Source of the DNA: Gemmatimonadota bacterium
GTDB taxonomy: Bacteria > JBHIER01 > G020348925
NCBI GenBank assembly: GCA_020348925.1
Contig: CP070758.1
Location: 3,177,688 to 3,241,687 of the forward strand
DNA: 64,000 nucleotides
Direction: 5' to 3'
Part shown: positions 1 to 10,253 of the stretch, one piece after another
Layout: every line of letters starts with the position of its first letter
Position numbering within the stretch: position 1 is the stretch's first letter
Program-made: the position numbers and the translations under genes
The notes under the pieces: generated by a model
What the model was told of the DNA's origin: nothing
Seen by the model: the letters and a program-made list of their open reading frames with translations, nothing else
Databases searched by the model: none

Positions 1-316
1 ATTTTCTCATCTTGAGACCGAAAGCCATGTTGTCGAAGACGGTCATATGAGGATAGAGCGCATAGTTCTGAAAAACCATAGCGATGTCACGGTCCTTGGG
101 TGGCACTGTGTTCACCACTCGACCGTCGATATATATTTCCCCGCTCGTCACCTCTTCGAGGCCGGCGATGAGGCGCAACAGTGTTGATTTGCCGCAACCC
201 GAAGGGCCAACCAGCACGACCAGCTCCTTGTCCCTTATTTCGAGGTTGGCGTCTTTGACCGCTGCCACGTTCTTATCGTATATTTTGTTCACGTTTTTGA
301 AAACAACCTGAGCCAT
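1..316 (-). CDS. Sugar ABC transporter ATP-binding protein (MsmK/UgpC/MalK family), runs off the window edge
   Basis: Manual translation from ATG at 316: [55 protein letters not shown]...[18 protein letters not shown]. Walker A and the [11 protein letters not shown] family motif are present, with a GAGGAGG RBS. Not in the ORF track. Confidence 0.93.
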   Translation of the reverse strand, partial: MAQVVFKNVNKIYDKNVAAVKDANLEIRDKELVVLVGPSGCGKSTLLRLIAGLEEVTSGEIYIDGRVVNTVPPKDRDIAMVFQNYALYPHMTVFDNMAFGLKMRK

Positions 317-346
317 CCGTGCCTCCTCTTCAATCGAAGCAATGAA

Positions 347-375
347 AATATACCAGCCTTATGATAGAAAATCAA
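347..375 (-). promoter_or_regulatory. Putative sigma70 promoter for the ABC ATPase
   Basis: TTGATT-N17-TATATT on the minus strand, about 30 nt upstream of the ATG. Confidence 0.5.
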
Positions 376-432
376 GAAAAAGAAACAGAAAGCATCAGAG
401 AAAACACACAACGCTTGCTTCTTGAACCGGAG

Positions 433-452
433 TGAAACGATTTATCGTTTCA
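433..452. promoter_or_regulatory. Palindromic putative operator
   Basis: Perfect inverted repeat TGAAACGA-TTTA-TCGTTTCA upstream of the sugar ABC ATPase promoter. Confidence 0.4.
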
Positions 453-646
453 ACATTGTGCAATGATACATCACTGCACTTCGAGTGTTCGATAATTTGG
501 GCTGACACATCTCATCCCCAGGTGTGAAACGAACCCTACTTCTTAAAACACACCTACCAGGGATTACGATACATTTTTGCGAACAGAGTTTTCAGGTTTC
601 GTCGTTCGGGATTTGGATTTTGAATTTTGGATTTTGGATTGCACGG

Positions 647-722
647 TGGTGAGGGTGGTGGGAATCGAACCCACGACTCACGGCTTAAAAGGCCGTTACT
701 CTACCGACTGAGTTACACCCTC
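647..722 (-). tRNA. tRNA-Lys(UUU)
   Basis: Reverse complement GAGGGTGTAACTCAGTCGGTAGAGTAACGGCCTTTTAAGCCGTGAGTCGTGGGTTCGATTCCCACCACCCTCACCA: 76-nt cloverleaf, TTT anticodon, GTTCGA T-loop, encoded CCA. Confidence 0.97.
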
Positions 723-759
723 GCCAACTCTTTTGAAGTTCTGTGATTTTTCACATGCA

Positions 760-787
760 AAGATAAGCGTTCAGAAATTGTTGTCAA
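760..787 (-). promoter_or_regulatory. Putative sigma70 promoter for tRNA-Lys
   Basis: TTGACA-N16-TATCTT on the minus strand. Confidence 0.6.
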
Positions 788-1013
788 TATAAAAATATGA
801 TCTTCGTTCCTTCCCCCTAACGTCCTCTCACCCACAGGACGCACAATGACACCCAGGGGAAAATTGGACGCTCCATTTTACCTTCCTCTATCAAAGGGGA
901 GATCGAGAGGGATTTGTAAAAGAAGATGCGTCAGAGGCAAGTTTTTATTGATTATCAATGAGTTAGCTTTGTCTGACCATAATGAAAAAGACAATGAACA
1001 ATAGAGGCTAACC

Positions 1014-2342
1014 TCAGATTGCGACGTGCAGACCGACCAGAAAGATATCACTCATGGCATCGGGTTCGCTCTGCGTCGTGCCGAGGTCACCGATGGGATC
1101 GAACGGATCGGGCCCACTGATGAAGTTTAACGGGACATATCCTTCCGTCCTGATGTACTCGGTAAAAATCTTCGTATGCTCATTCCACATCACTTCCAGA
1201 CCCACGACAAACTGGCTCTGATCTTCCCACGGGCTGCCGGAAGGTCCTGTTGTGAGTTGGCTGAAGTCCACAGAAATCCCTGCGTCCTTCGACATGAAAT
1301 TCAACGGGACATGATACTTCACCCCAATATCGAAAGACGAAACCTTGTGTTCTTCGAATACGTTTAGAGGCGGATTCGGGTTGTGCGTCCCGGGCCACTC
1401 ATCGGTGGTTGTCGCAAACTCGGCGAGCACCGTCAAGCGGACCCATTTCAGCGCCGAGTAAACGTCCCAGGCTGGATTGCGGAAACCGTCGGACCCGGCA
1501 AAGTGAGTGACTGGGAATTCCTGACAGTAAGCCGTTCCATCCATGTAACTACCTCCTATCATAAGAGACCGGGATCTTTTCCCGCTGAAATTGAATGTAT
1601 AGGAGATATCCACCGCGTAGTTGGCCACATCATCCGGGGTCTCATCACCCGAGTTGGCCACTCTGAACTGGGCCCCCCCTTGAATCCCCATGAAGGACAC
1701 ATTTAGGCCGTGACTCTCATATCCAATCAGGCCGCCAAAGGCCAGGCCACCAAACGCATGCAATACGGTGGACGCGGAAAAGGGATTCACCGTATCCGTC
1801 AGACCAAAGGGCGTGGCCATCTTACCGATGGAGGTATAGAAAGGATATTTCGAAAGGTCGCCGATGAGTACATACCCCCTGCGAAGGGACAGTTGATTCC
1901 TTTCAAGATCCGTTAAGGTTCCGGAGCCAAAACTCTGCAACGGATTATAAAGCACGTGAAAATACATGGTGGCCCAGGGCGTCACCGTGCCTGTTACCTG
2001 AAGCTGGACATTATGGATAACCAGTTCGGAAACCGATGTCCCGCGTTGGTTTTTCTGTGTCGGGTGCCGCATCAGGTAGGCGAATTTCGCCTCAGTATTC
2101 GATCTCTGAATATCAGCAATAACGTTCATATTTGCACCGATATACATCTGCTCATCTTCAAGCACGCCGGCCTCACGCATCCTCAGAAGAAAAATCTGCT
2201 TCCGACGAATCTCCGTCGTGTGATCCAACATGCGATAGCTGTATTCCGAATTGAACCTCACGAATGTTTCACCGTCTTCCCCGTGCACGCTCGCGACGAT
2301 ACACAAACAATACAGAAATACGTGAAAAAGAGTGCGTTTCAT
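1014..2342 (-). CDS. Secreted/outer-membrane protein, possibly LbtU/DUF3573-like porin
   Basis: 442 aa with a signal peptide, GGAGG RBS and amphipathic beta-strands. GYVLIGDLSKYPFYTSIGKMATPFG resembles the LbtU-family motif. Confidence 0.6.
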   Translation of the reverse strand: MKRTLFHVFLYCLCIVASVHGEDGETFVRFNSEYSYRMLDHTTEIRRKQIFLLRMREAGVLEDEQMYIGANMNVIADIQRSNTEAKFAYLMRHPTQKNQRGTSVSELVIHNVQLQVTGTVTPWATMYFHVLYNPLQSFGSGTLTDLERNQLSLRRGYVLIGDLSKYPFYTSIGKMATPFGLTDTVNPFSASTVLHAFGGLAFGGLIGYESHGLNVSFMGIQGGAQFRVANSGDETPDDVANYAVDISYTFNFSGKRSRSLMIGGSYMDGTAYCQEFPVTHFAGSDGFRNPAWDVYSALKWVRLTVLAEFATTTDEWPGTHNPNPPLNVFEEHKVSSFDIGVKYHVPLNFMSKDAGISVDFSQLTTGPSGSPWEDQSQFVVGLEVMWNEHTKIFTEYIRTEGYVPLNFISGPDPFDPIGDLGTTQSEPDAMSDIFLVGLHVAI

Positions 2343-3000
2343 GTTTTCCGTCCTCCACGAAAAAGTCGATCGAAAGCGTCCACTCCTTCGATGGACGCTC
2401 CCATAAAGAAGGAACCGTTGGAAGGTTCTTCCGAACGCCTTTTACGATATCCAATTTGCATTTTGAGTAATCCTTCATTCTCAAATCAACCTTTTTGAAT
2501 CCCGTCTCTTTCTCATTGTTCGTTGCAGAATACATGCCTCGTAGACTGCTCTTCACTGCAGAATTTATCGTACTTGCAAAGAAAAAGTTGGTCTGTGAAA
2601 TAGAACGAGCGATACGAATCAGTCGGTTGGTCAAGTCTCCCCTATCAAGGCCTGTCCTGAGCGAAGCCGAAGGAACAGATTGAGAGGGGTGTTTACAACT
2701 TTACCGTGCCACTGACCTCTCCCTATCCTCAAAAGTCGAAAACACTGAGAAAATGTCCAACGTCAAGAGCTGATCCCCCACTGCTAAAACTGTTATTTCA
2801 AAATCTGAACCTAAATGATAAATTACTTACACACTGAACTACAATTTCTTCCAAAGGGTTTCCCTTAATTCCCAAAGAGGATTTCAGGGATCATAATTGT
2901 TTATCATTTAAATCAGACATTAAAAATTGACTCCCATCTCCCCCCAAACACCATTATTGACAGCTTGACCTAAAATTTCTCCATTGAGAAATTTTCCAAA

Positions 3001-3345
3001 TTATGGCAGAAGGGTCACATCTTTGAACTTTGATCTTTTCCGTCGAAAAGCTTCAGATCGCCCCCGGGATTCATAACTCTGTGCCCAATGCTCACATCTT
3101 CGGACAGGGATGAACCCCATCTCTACATTCATAGAATGATGGGCTGTGAAGCCCATGGATACCGCATCTCGAGTACGATACCCGAGGCGATCAATCAGCT
3201 CCAGAACTGTTTTGTGTTCCTTTGATGTTGCTTTCTCAATCAATTTCCAAGTCCGCAGTTGTCGCTCCAGGGTAATGCACTCAAAAATATTCACAGGATG
3301 AGGTGATGTCAAGAGAATATCGTAAAAATTTGATATTTCGTGCAC
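3001..3345 (-). pseudogene. Possible degenerate tyrosine-recombinase fragment
   Basis: WKLIEKATSKEHKTVLELIDRLGYRTRDAVSM resembles integrase box I (L..L..tG.R.sE...L). The rest of the catalytic domain is absent. Confidence 0.25.
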
Positions 3346-3891
3346 TTGTGCAAAAAATTGTCAAAAACCCTGAAGGGTGTCGAAAAGCATAACGTGAGTT
3401 TATCGAGGATTAAAAAGCCTCAATGGAGGGGAGGAGCTGGGGAGAATAGGTAAAGAAAAGAGGTACAGGATACAGGGGAGTGGTAGCAGTGACTGGAGAA
3501 TCGAATAGTATAGTATAAAGTACAGAGGAACAAAGATCGCCCTGGGATATCTACCTTAGGTGCTCTTCTGTGGGGCCTCTGTCCCATGGGAGCGATGGGC
3601 AGCCCATGGTTATGCGCCTCGGGTAAGATACCTGAGGGGATCAGGTGTCTTCATGGTATTGACGAACCCTTCGAAAAATTCACGTCACTGGAAAAATGCG
3701 TCGAAAGAACAATCTTCAATTTTTCCCTTCACAGGGATACATGTGGGACGTGGGCAATCCTCATGGAGCCCTCCGGATGCCGTTTCTATCCGGCCCCGAG
3801 GGCTCCAGAGTTTGGTACACCCGAAAAAAGGACGTTCGCAGGAACTCGGCGGCAAAGCCAAGTCACCTGAACTGTCCGATGTGCGATGGAT

Positions 3892-4170
3892 TTAACTGGC
3901 AGCCGGTTGAAACGAGGAATTCCTCGACAGAAAGCGTCTCACCCACTCTCGTGCCGCTTCCTGAGATTTGTACGGTTTGCGTAATGATTCCTCCAAGACG
4001 AACTCCCCATCAAATCCATTGAGCGTAAAATGGACCACATAATCCTGATCTTTGGGATCTTCAGGATTGTCTTTGCGCACTCTCACCATGTCGACTTTTT
4101 TACCTTTGATCCATAAGACTTCACTGTCGGTCGTGTGTGATAGCTCAATCCATTCTTCATTCACAGCCAT
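3892..4170 (-). CDS. Small hypothetical protein (92 aa)
   Basis: AAGGAGGT RBS before ATG 4170 and a globular-looking sequence (MAVNEEWIELSHTTDSEVLWIKG...). Confidence 0.7.
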   Translation of the reverse strand: MAVNEEWIELSHTTDSEVLWIKGKKVDMVRVRKDNPEDPKDQDYVVHFTLNGFDGEFVLEESLRKPYKSQEAAREWVRRFLSRNSSFQPAAS

Positions 4171-4282
4171 GAGACAACCTCCTTTCATCGAAAATACGTG
4201 AGACATCCAATCTGTTTTTCGTCTGTAGCAGTAGAAATGCCTTCGCTCATTTGAAACTGCTCTTCTGTTGTTCTACAAGAGT

Positions 4283-4298
4283 AGCAAATAGTGTGCCT
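4283..4298 (-). promoter_or_regulatory. Putative sigma54 (-24/-12) promoter
   Basis: AGGCAC-ACTAT-TTGCT on the minus strand versus consensus TGGCAC-N5-TTGCW, about 113 nt upstream of the 92-aa ORF. Confidence 0.5.
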
Positions 4299-4573
4299 TT
4301 TGTCTCTTTTTTAATGCCGGCGAGGACTAAGATATCCATCTTACAAATATTCATATGGTTAGAACTAAAAAATACTTCGTTTGGTCGGGTTGAGGGGGGG
4401 ACAGCAGGATCTTATAAATGGGTCATATCACCCAAATAGTGTGAAACTATGGTGTTTAACGTCGGAAGTATGAATACTGTGCCGTGCCGTGAGCCTCACA
4501 TTCTTTTTGGTGTTCGCACATGATGCTTAGAAACAATGAGGATGCATTTTTTACTCCGATGAGAAAAAGAACC

Positions 4574-7500
4574 TCAGGTGTGAAGAAAGCCATCGACCGA
4601 GGAGACAAGATCTCTCAGATCGAAGGGTTTTGAGAGATACGGCAATCGGTTCTCTTCGATGAAACGAAGGGACTCTGGAGCGACCACATCTCCTGTGAGA
4701 AAAAGAAAGTGTCGAGCGAAGGCGGGCTTATTCTCTTCGCAGTATTTGTAAATATCGACACCGCTTTTGTGCGGCATCTTCACATCACAGATGATGACAT
4801 CAAAACGATCCTCATCGATCTTCTGAAGAGCGGTCTTTCCATCAAAGGCGATCTCTACATCATACCCCTCTCTCTCGAGGGCTTCTCGAATGAGATCAAC
4901 AATGGACACTTCGTCGTCAACGACCAGGATCCTCTTTCGATCGATTTCAAAATTTGTCTCGGGTTGCTCGGGTGTTACCGCAAGCTCCGAAGCCACAACC
5001 GCACCGACCGGCAGTTCGATCGTAAAGGTCGCTCCCTGCCCCTCACGGCTCACAGCGGTGATACGTCCTCCATGCTCCTCCACAATCCCATAGGAGATGG
5101 AAAGTCCCAAACCGGTTCCTTGGCCGACGGGTTTCGTCGTAAAGAAAGGATTGAAAATTCGCGAAAGATTTTCATCGGCGATCCCTGGGCCGTCATCCTT
5201 AAACGAAATCTGTAAGACGTCCCGTTCTGGATCACAGGAAGTTGTGACCTCCAATCGCCCTCTGCCATGGGCTTCCAGCATGGCCTGTTCCGCGTTAATG
5301 ATGATATTCATAAAAACCTGTTGAAGCTGATGCTCGTCGATGAAGAGCGAAGAACATTTCCGGTCGAATTTTTTAACGACCTCTATGTTGCTCACCCGCA
5401 TCTCGTAGGCCCTGAGGTCCAGCACCCGGTTGATGACCTCATTGATCTGTACCCTTCTTTTCTCCGGTTTTTGCTGGCGGGCGAAGGCGAGAAGATTCTG
5501 GATGATTTTCCGAGCCCTTTCGGCCTCCTGATTAATCTTTCCGATGGACTGCTTCGCCTCTTCGGAGAGGTGAGGTGACATGAGTAAGAGTTGAGAATAA
5601 CCCAGGACACCGGTCAGTGGATTGTTCAGCTCGTGAGCGACCCCGGAAATGAGTTGACCCAATGCAGACATCTTCTCTGTCTGCAAGAGCTGGGTCCTTA
5701 ATTGTTCCCTCTCCGTGACATCCCTCACCGTGGCGATAAAGGCTTTCGGCTCGCCTGACGCATCTTTGAGCAATGATGCATTCAATTCACCGATGAAACG
5801 ACTCCCATTCTTTTTCATTAAGGTATACTCAATATTTCGGACCGCTCCTTCTTTGATGGTCTTTTGGGTGTTTCTGATCGCTTTCTGCCGATCCTCCGGA
5901 GCGACGAGTTCAAGAGCATTTTTTCCAATGAGCTCCGCGCCACCCGCGTACCCGTGCAGCTCGCACGTTTGCTTCGATGCATATGTGATATTTCCTTTCA
6001 AATCCGTCACAGTGACTGCATCGGGAGACGTCTCCACCAGTGTTCGATACATCTCCTCGGAATTCTGAAGCGCCTGTTCCGCCTGCTTCCGCTCGGTAAT
6101 GTCCGCACTGATACTGAGCACGGACGTGATTTTCCCCGACTGATCGCGAATGGGCTGCATACTCAGGCGAAACCACTGCTTCTCACCATTTACCGGAATC
6201 CACATCTCGCTCTCATACCCTTGACCGCTTTGAAAGACGTCTCGTACCTTTTTCATCCTCTCGTCAATAAATTCTTTGGGGAAAACGTCCCATATTGTTT
6301 TATTGAAAAAATCGGCCGGTTCCCCTCCCATAATGCGGGCTGCGGCTTCATTGACGATCAAAAATCGGCCGTCATAATCAACCGTTGCGATGGCATCAGT
6401 CGCGTTCGATATGAGATGTCTGTACTTTTCCTCACTCTCCCGAAGTTGATTTGTCCGTTCCCGGATCTCCCCTTCAAGACGAGACGTATAGCGCTTCCGA
6501 GAAATGTGCAATGCCACGATACCAAAGACCAATCCAATACACATGAAAGGAAGAATATAAAACCACCACTGCATCCAGAATGGCCTTTGAATGACTATGA
6601 CGCCGGAGGACCTGATTGGGCTCCACACGCCTAATGCGTTCTTCGCCTGAATGTGAAATCGATAATGACCCGGCTTCAGATTTGTATATCGAATTTGACG
6701 ATCGGCAGACTGATACTCTGGCGTCCACTCCGTTTCGAACCCATCGAGTTTGCATCGATACAGAATGAACTCCTCATTAATGAATGAGACGCACCTAAAA
6801 TGAAATATCAGATTATTCCTGTCGTAGTTCAATTCATGGGAAGTATTATGGAACAGATTCACTCCGGAAGCTTCAATATGCAGGAGTTCAATTTGAGGTG
6901 GAGGAATACTCTCATAGTCACTATCGAATTGCTCCTGATAACAGGATACGCCCATATCCGTGCCAATCCATATGTTCCCGCGACTATCGACAATCCCGGC
7001 GGCCCTGTTTGTCTCTCTTCCCACAAAACCCTGATACGTGGTATATTCCCGAACATGTTCTCCATCCCACCGGATCACTCCGTTGTCCGTTCCAAACCAG
7101 AGTCGTTCTTTATTGTCTTCAATAATGAGATACACGGGTCTGCTGATTTCGAACCCATCCGTCTCAAACTTTACCAACGACGCATTCTGAAGCCGGTACA
7201 GGCCGGCCAAAGTTCCGACCCAGATCTCTCCCCGAGAATCCATTACAACGGCATATACGCTGTTTGCCGCTTCCTCCGCAGGATTGACATATTGATACCA
7301 TTTCTCATTCCGATACTCGTACACCCCTTGATAGATCGTGGCGAAATAGAGCGACCCCTGAGGACCTTGAAAAATCCTCCGCATGTACGCCTGGGGAAGA
7401 TCTCCTGTGGTGACACGCGCAAAAGTATCATCATGAAGCGCGTAAAGACCTTCGCTCAACGCGGCCCAGACCTTCCCTGATTTTTCCACGAAAACGGACG

Positions 7501-8821
7501 TGACGGAACCGGCCAACCCTTCATTTCTTCTGTACCACTTCGTGATACCGTTTTGATCAATCCTGGCCAATCCCAAGGGTGAGGCAGCCACCCACATGTT
7601 CTTCTCTGAGTCCGAACGAATATCGAGGACCCGAGTCTCCGCATGACTTGCATATTCAGCAGAAAAGGGGAGCGTTGTAAAATTGCTCCCGTCGAAGAAG
7701 GTCAATCCGTTATTATGCCCGAATAATAACTTACCCGGCTCGTATTCTAAAATCGCAGTCACCTCATTGTCGAGGAGACCATGCACTTTCTGGTAATTCG
7801 CGAATCGACGACTGGCGATCTTACTCACGCCCCTAATGTTTGTCACCCAGACGTTCTCCTCTCTGTCAATCAAGAGAGAGAGGACCCCCTCTGTGATCAA
7901 ACCGTTCTCCTGACCGAGGTGTTCGCAAGAACCCGAGCTCCTGTCAAGGTAAAAGAGATCATACGGATTCCCGTAGTAGAGACCACCATGGGAATCGGGC
8001 CGCATGATGATATAATGATACGTATCATCAGTGACAGTTTCGACCGCCTGTGAAAGAAGTGTGTACTTTCCATCCTCGATAGTACCAATCCAATCCTCGC
8101 CAAGGAGCCAGATTGGTTCGTGTCCATATGCGTATTTTATATCTTTTTCAATGGCGATTCCAACGATCCTCGAAGAGGGAAGCGGCAACCGTTCATTGAG
8201 ACGGTTGTCAACACCGGTCCCCCGGATGAGGGATAATCCATTGTCCGTGGCGACGTAAAAATTCCCACCGAACGAAACAATACCATTGACTCTGTTGCTT
8301 AAAAGGCCATCATCCAGAGTTATATGTTTCCACGCATCATTTCTATAGAGATACACACCTTGAGAACTGGTCCCGACAATGATGCTTTTCTGATGACGAT
8401 CAGAAAGTATTTCAAAGGCCGTATAATTGAAAGCGGGGGTGAGATCGGCTGGTTCCGGGTGTGGAATCCATGTCGTACCGTCAAAAGAGGACACGCTCAG
8501 AAGGGGTGGATGGGATAATACCCATACGACGCCTTCTTCGTCAGCCTCAACAAAGGCATACGAATCCGTTGATAATCCATCAGATTCTGTGTACGAGGTC
8601 CATCGGAGGCCATCATACCCGGATATACCTCTCCGTGTCGCGAACCACATGACTCCGGACGTATCCTGAGCAATATCATAGACCGTTGAGCTGAGAAGAC
8701 CATCGTTTTCGGTATAGGTGTGGACAAGATAACTCTGCGAACGGGCCGAACTCGAAAACAGCAGCAGCCCGGTGAAGATGAAGAAACAAATAATTTTCAG
8801 AACAATATCTCTTTTATACAT
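4574..8821 (-). CDS. Hybrid sensor histidine kinase (beta-propeller/Y_Y_Y sensor, TM, 2 PAS, HisKA, HATPase, REC)
   Basis: Reg_prop-like repeats (DGLLSSTVYDIAQDTSGVMWFAT), YTNLKPGHYRFHIQAKN, H-box GVAHELNNPL, FFTTKPVGQGTGLGL, receiver ILVVDDE...DVKMP...KPF. Confidence 0.95.
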   Translation of the reverse strand: MYKRDIVLKIICFFIFTGLLLFSSSARSQSYLVHTYTENDGLLSSTVYDIAQDTSGVMWFATRRGISGYDGLRWTSYTESDGLSTDSYAFVEADEEGVVWVLSHPPLLSVSSFDGTTWIPHPEPADLTPAFNYTAFEILSDRHQKSIIVGTSSQGVYLYRNDAWKHITLDDGLLSNRVNGIVSFGGNFYVATDNGLSLIRGTGVDNRLNERLPLPSSRIVGIAIEKDIKYAYGHEPIWLLGEDWIGTIEDGKYTLLSQAVETVTDDTYHYIIMRPDSHGGLYYGNPYDLFYLDRSSGSCEHLGQENGLITEGVLSLLIDREENVWVTNIRGVSKIASRRFANYQKVHGLLDNEVTAILEYEPGKLLFGHNNGLTFFDGSNFTTLPFSAEYASHAETRVLDIRSDSEKNMWVAASPLGLARIDQNGITKWYRRNEGLAGSVTSVFVEKSGKVWAALSEGLYALHDDTFARVTTGDLPQAYMRRIFQGPQGSLYFATIYQGVYEYRNEKWYQYVNPAEEAANSVYAVVMDSRGEIWVGTLAGLYRLQNASLVKFETDGFEISRPVYLIIEDNKERLWFGTDNGVIRWDGEHVREYTTYQGFVGRETNRAAGIVDSRGNIWIGTDMGVSCYQEQFDSDYESIPPPQIELLHIEASGVNLFHNTSHELNYDRNNLIFHFRCVSFINEEFILYRCKLDGFETEWTPEYQSADRQIRYTNLKPGHYRFHIQAKNALGVWSPIRSSGVIVIQRPFWMQWWFYILPFMCIGLVFGIVALHISRKRYTSRLEGEIRERTNQLRESEEKYRHLISNATDAIATVDYDGRFLIVNEAAARIMGGEPADFFNKTIWDVFPKEFIDERMKKVRDVFQSGQGYESEMWIPVNGEKQWFRLSMQPIRDQSGKITSVLSISADITERKQAEQALQNSEEMYRTLVETSPDAVTVTDLKGNITYASKQTCELHGYAGGAELIGKNALELVAPEDRQKAIRNTQKTIKEGAVRNIEYTLMKKNGSRFIGELNASLLKDASGEPKAFIATVRDVTEREQLRTQLLQTEKMSALGQLISGVAHELNNPLTGVLGYSQLLLMSPHLSEEAKQSIGKINQEAERARKIIQNLLAFARQQKPEKRRVQINEVINRVLDLRAYEMRVSNIEVVKKFDRKCSSLFIDEHQLQQVFMNIIINAEQAMLEAHGRGRLEVTTSCDPERDVLQISFKDDGPGIADENLSRIFNPFFTTKPVGQGTGLGLSISYGIVEEHGGRITAVSREGQGATFTIELPVGAVVASELAVTPEQPETNFEIDRKRILVVDDEVSIVDLIREALEREGYDVEIAFDGKTALQKIDEDRFDVIICDVKMPHKSGVDIYKYCEENKPAFARHFLFLTGDVVAPESLRFIEENRLPYLSKPFDLRDLVSSVDGFLHT

Positions 8822-9129
8822 TCTTCTTAGATAAACACTGTGGTGTTACAAACTTATTCACTATACGAAAAAGTTGCATGCGTTCAGTGATCACTAATAT
8901 AATCACTCACACGAGCGGAGAAAATCTTTTTCATCCATAGAAAGCCAGCCATTGAATCTCTAAATAGAAGACGACTGACCCCGCTGGATTTCTATCCTGT
9001 GGGGGAGTATGAAGGGATAGACATCCCAATATAATTTTTCGCCCAGCAGTCACCTCCTGGGCGATCAAGAGACGTCTCGGGAATCTGACATGAAAAGAGG
9101 TTACGGGAAAGGAAACATTCGAATTCCAC

Positions 9130-10005
9130 CTATCCCAAAATCTCCTCTATGATCTCAACCACGTCCAAAATATCAACTCCACCATCACCATTCATATCGG
9201 CAAGCCATACTTGATCAGGAGTAGGCTCAATTGTTCCAAGCATGATGTTTATTGCCACCACAGCGTCAAGAATATCTATGATCCCGTCTCCGTTGACATC
9301 ACCAGCACCCATTTTCTCCATCTTCTTTATTTTTCCGGCATTGCGATCACACAACCATATATGGTGTCCATCGTAGGTTATTCCCATCGCGAAAAAACCG
9401 AGATCATGACGGAGTTCCCATTCTTCATCAGACCATTCATCCTCGATCGTCAGAGGCATAACATATCTTCCCGCACCATCCCCTCTGCCCATGCGAACAC
9501 ACCACAGAACATCGCGTATCGTGGTGAGAGCACCCGGGTGAGCACAGCAGAGTTTTTTCCTTGTTCCATTCATCAAATCGAATTCATACATGCAGGATCC
9601 GTAGCCACCATCGTAGGAAATGTAACATTTGGAGTTCCAAAAAGAGACACCCCATAACGGACAACATCTCTGAATATCAACCGTATCGATTATTGTTTTG
9701 TTGTCAGTATCGATCTGAAAGAGAAAGCCGGATCCAGTGCTGCTGATGACCCAGAGACTATTTTGATAAAATGTCATCCCTCTCAAATTACCAACTGAAA
9801 TTTCCATGGAGTCGATACATGTACCAGCGTTGTCGACCATGGAAATTCTTCCCAGACTGTCGTCACTCACCCATATATGTGTCCCGTCCCAGGCCAACCC
9901 CCAGGGCCTGGGACAGGGAGCCTGAAATTCTTCGATGACAGTCAACGTATCCGAATGAGCGAGTGAACAGAGTATCGGCAACACACAAACAAGTGTATAT
10001 TTCAT
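9130..10005 (-). CDS. Secreted beta-propeller protein with C-terminal dockerin
   Basis: Signal peptide, PWGLAWDGTHIWVSD-type propeller repeats, and a C-terminal duplicated Ca-binding motif GDVNGDGIIDILDAV...ADMNGDGGVDILDVV. Confidence 0.85.
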   Translation of the reverse strand: MKYTLVCVLPILCSLAHSDTLTVIEEFQAPCPRPWGLAWDGTHIWVSDDSLGRISMVDNAGTCIDSMEISVGNLRGMTFYQNSLWVISSTGSGFLFQIDTDNKTIIDTVDIQRCCPLWGVSFWNSKCYISYDGGYGSCMYEFDLMNGTRKKLCCAHPGALTTIRDVLWCVRMGRGDGAGRYVMPLTIEDEWSDEEWELRHDLGFFAMGITYDGHHIWLCDRNAGKIKKMEKMGAGDVNGDGIIDILDAVVAINIMLGTIEPTPDQVWLADMNGDGGVDILDVVEIIEEILG

Positions 10006-10047
10006 AGACCTAAATTGAGCGATTCTTGGCAAACAACACTACTCAAA

Positions 10048-10136
10048 TGTCATTCTGAGTCCGATGTCTTCGGGCGAAGAATCTCTTACCTCACGAGTGA
10101 GACTCTTCACTTCGCCTTGCTCCGTTCAGAATGACA
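10048..10136. repeat. REP-like palindromic element
   Basis: 11-bp terminal IR TGTCATTCTGA...TCAGAATGACA with an internal GAAGAATCTC/GAGACTCTTC stem. A related element lies at 28329-28389. Confidence 0.65.
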
Positions 10137-10253
10137 CATCTGGTTCATTGAGTTCATAAATCGGTCGGCTTTGGATAGAATTGTCGATGTCGTTTCAACA
10201 GATCTTTTCCGATGAAAGTTTACAGTGCAATCTATATTTCCCTGAGCAAACTC

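Noticed and set aside
647-3345. Integrative element at tRNA-Lys
   Set aside because: The possible integrase remnant lies on the 5' side of the tRNA and is very weak, and I found no duplicated tRNA 3' end.
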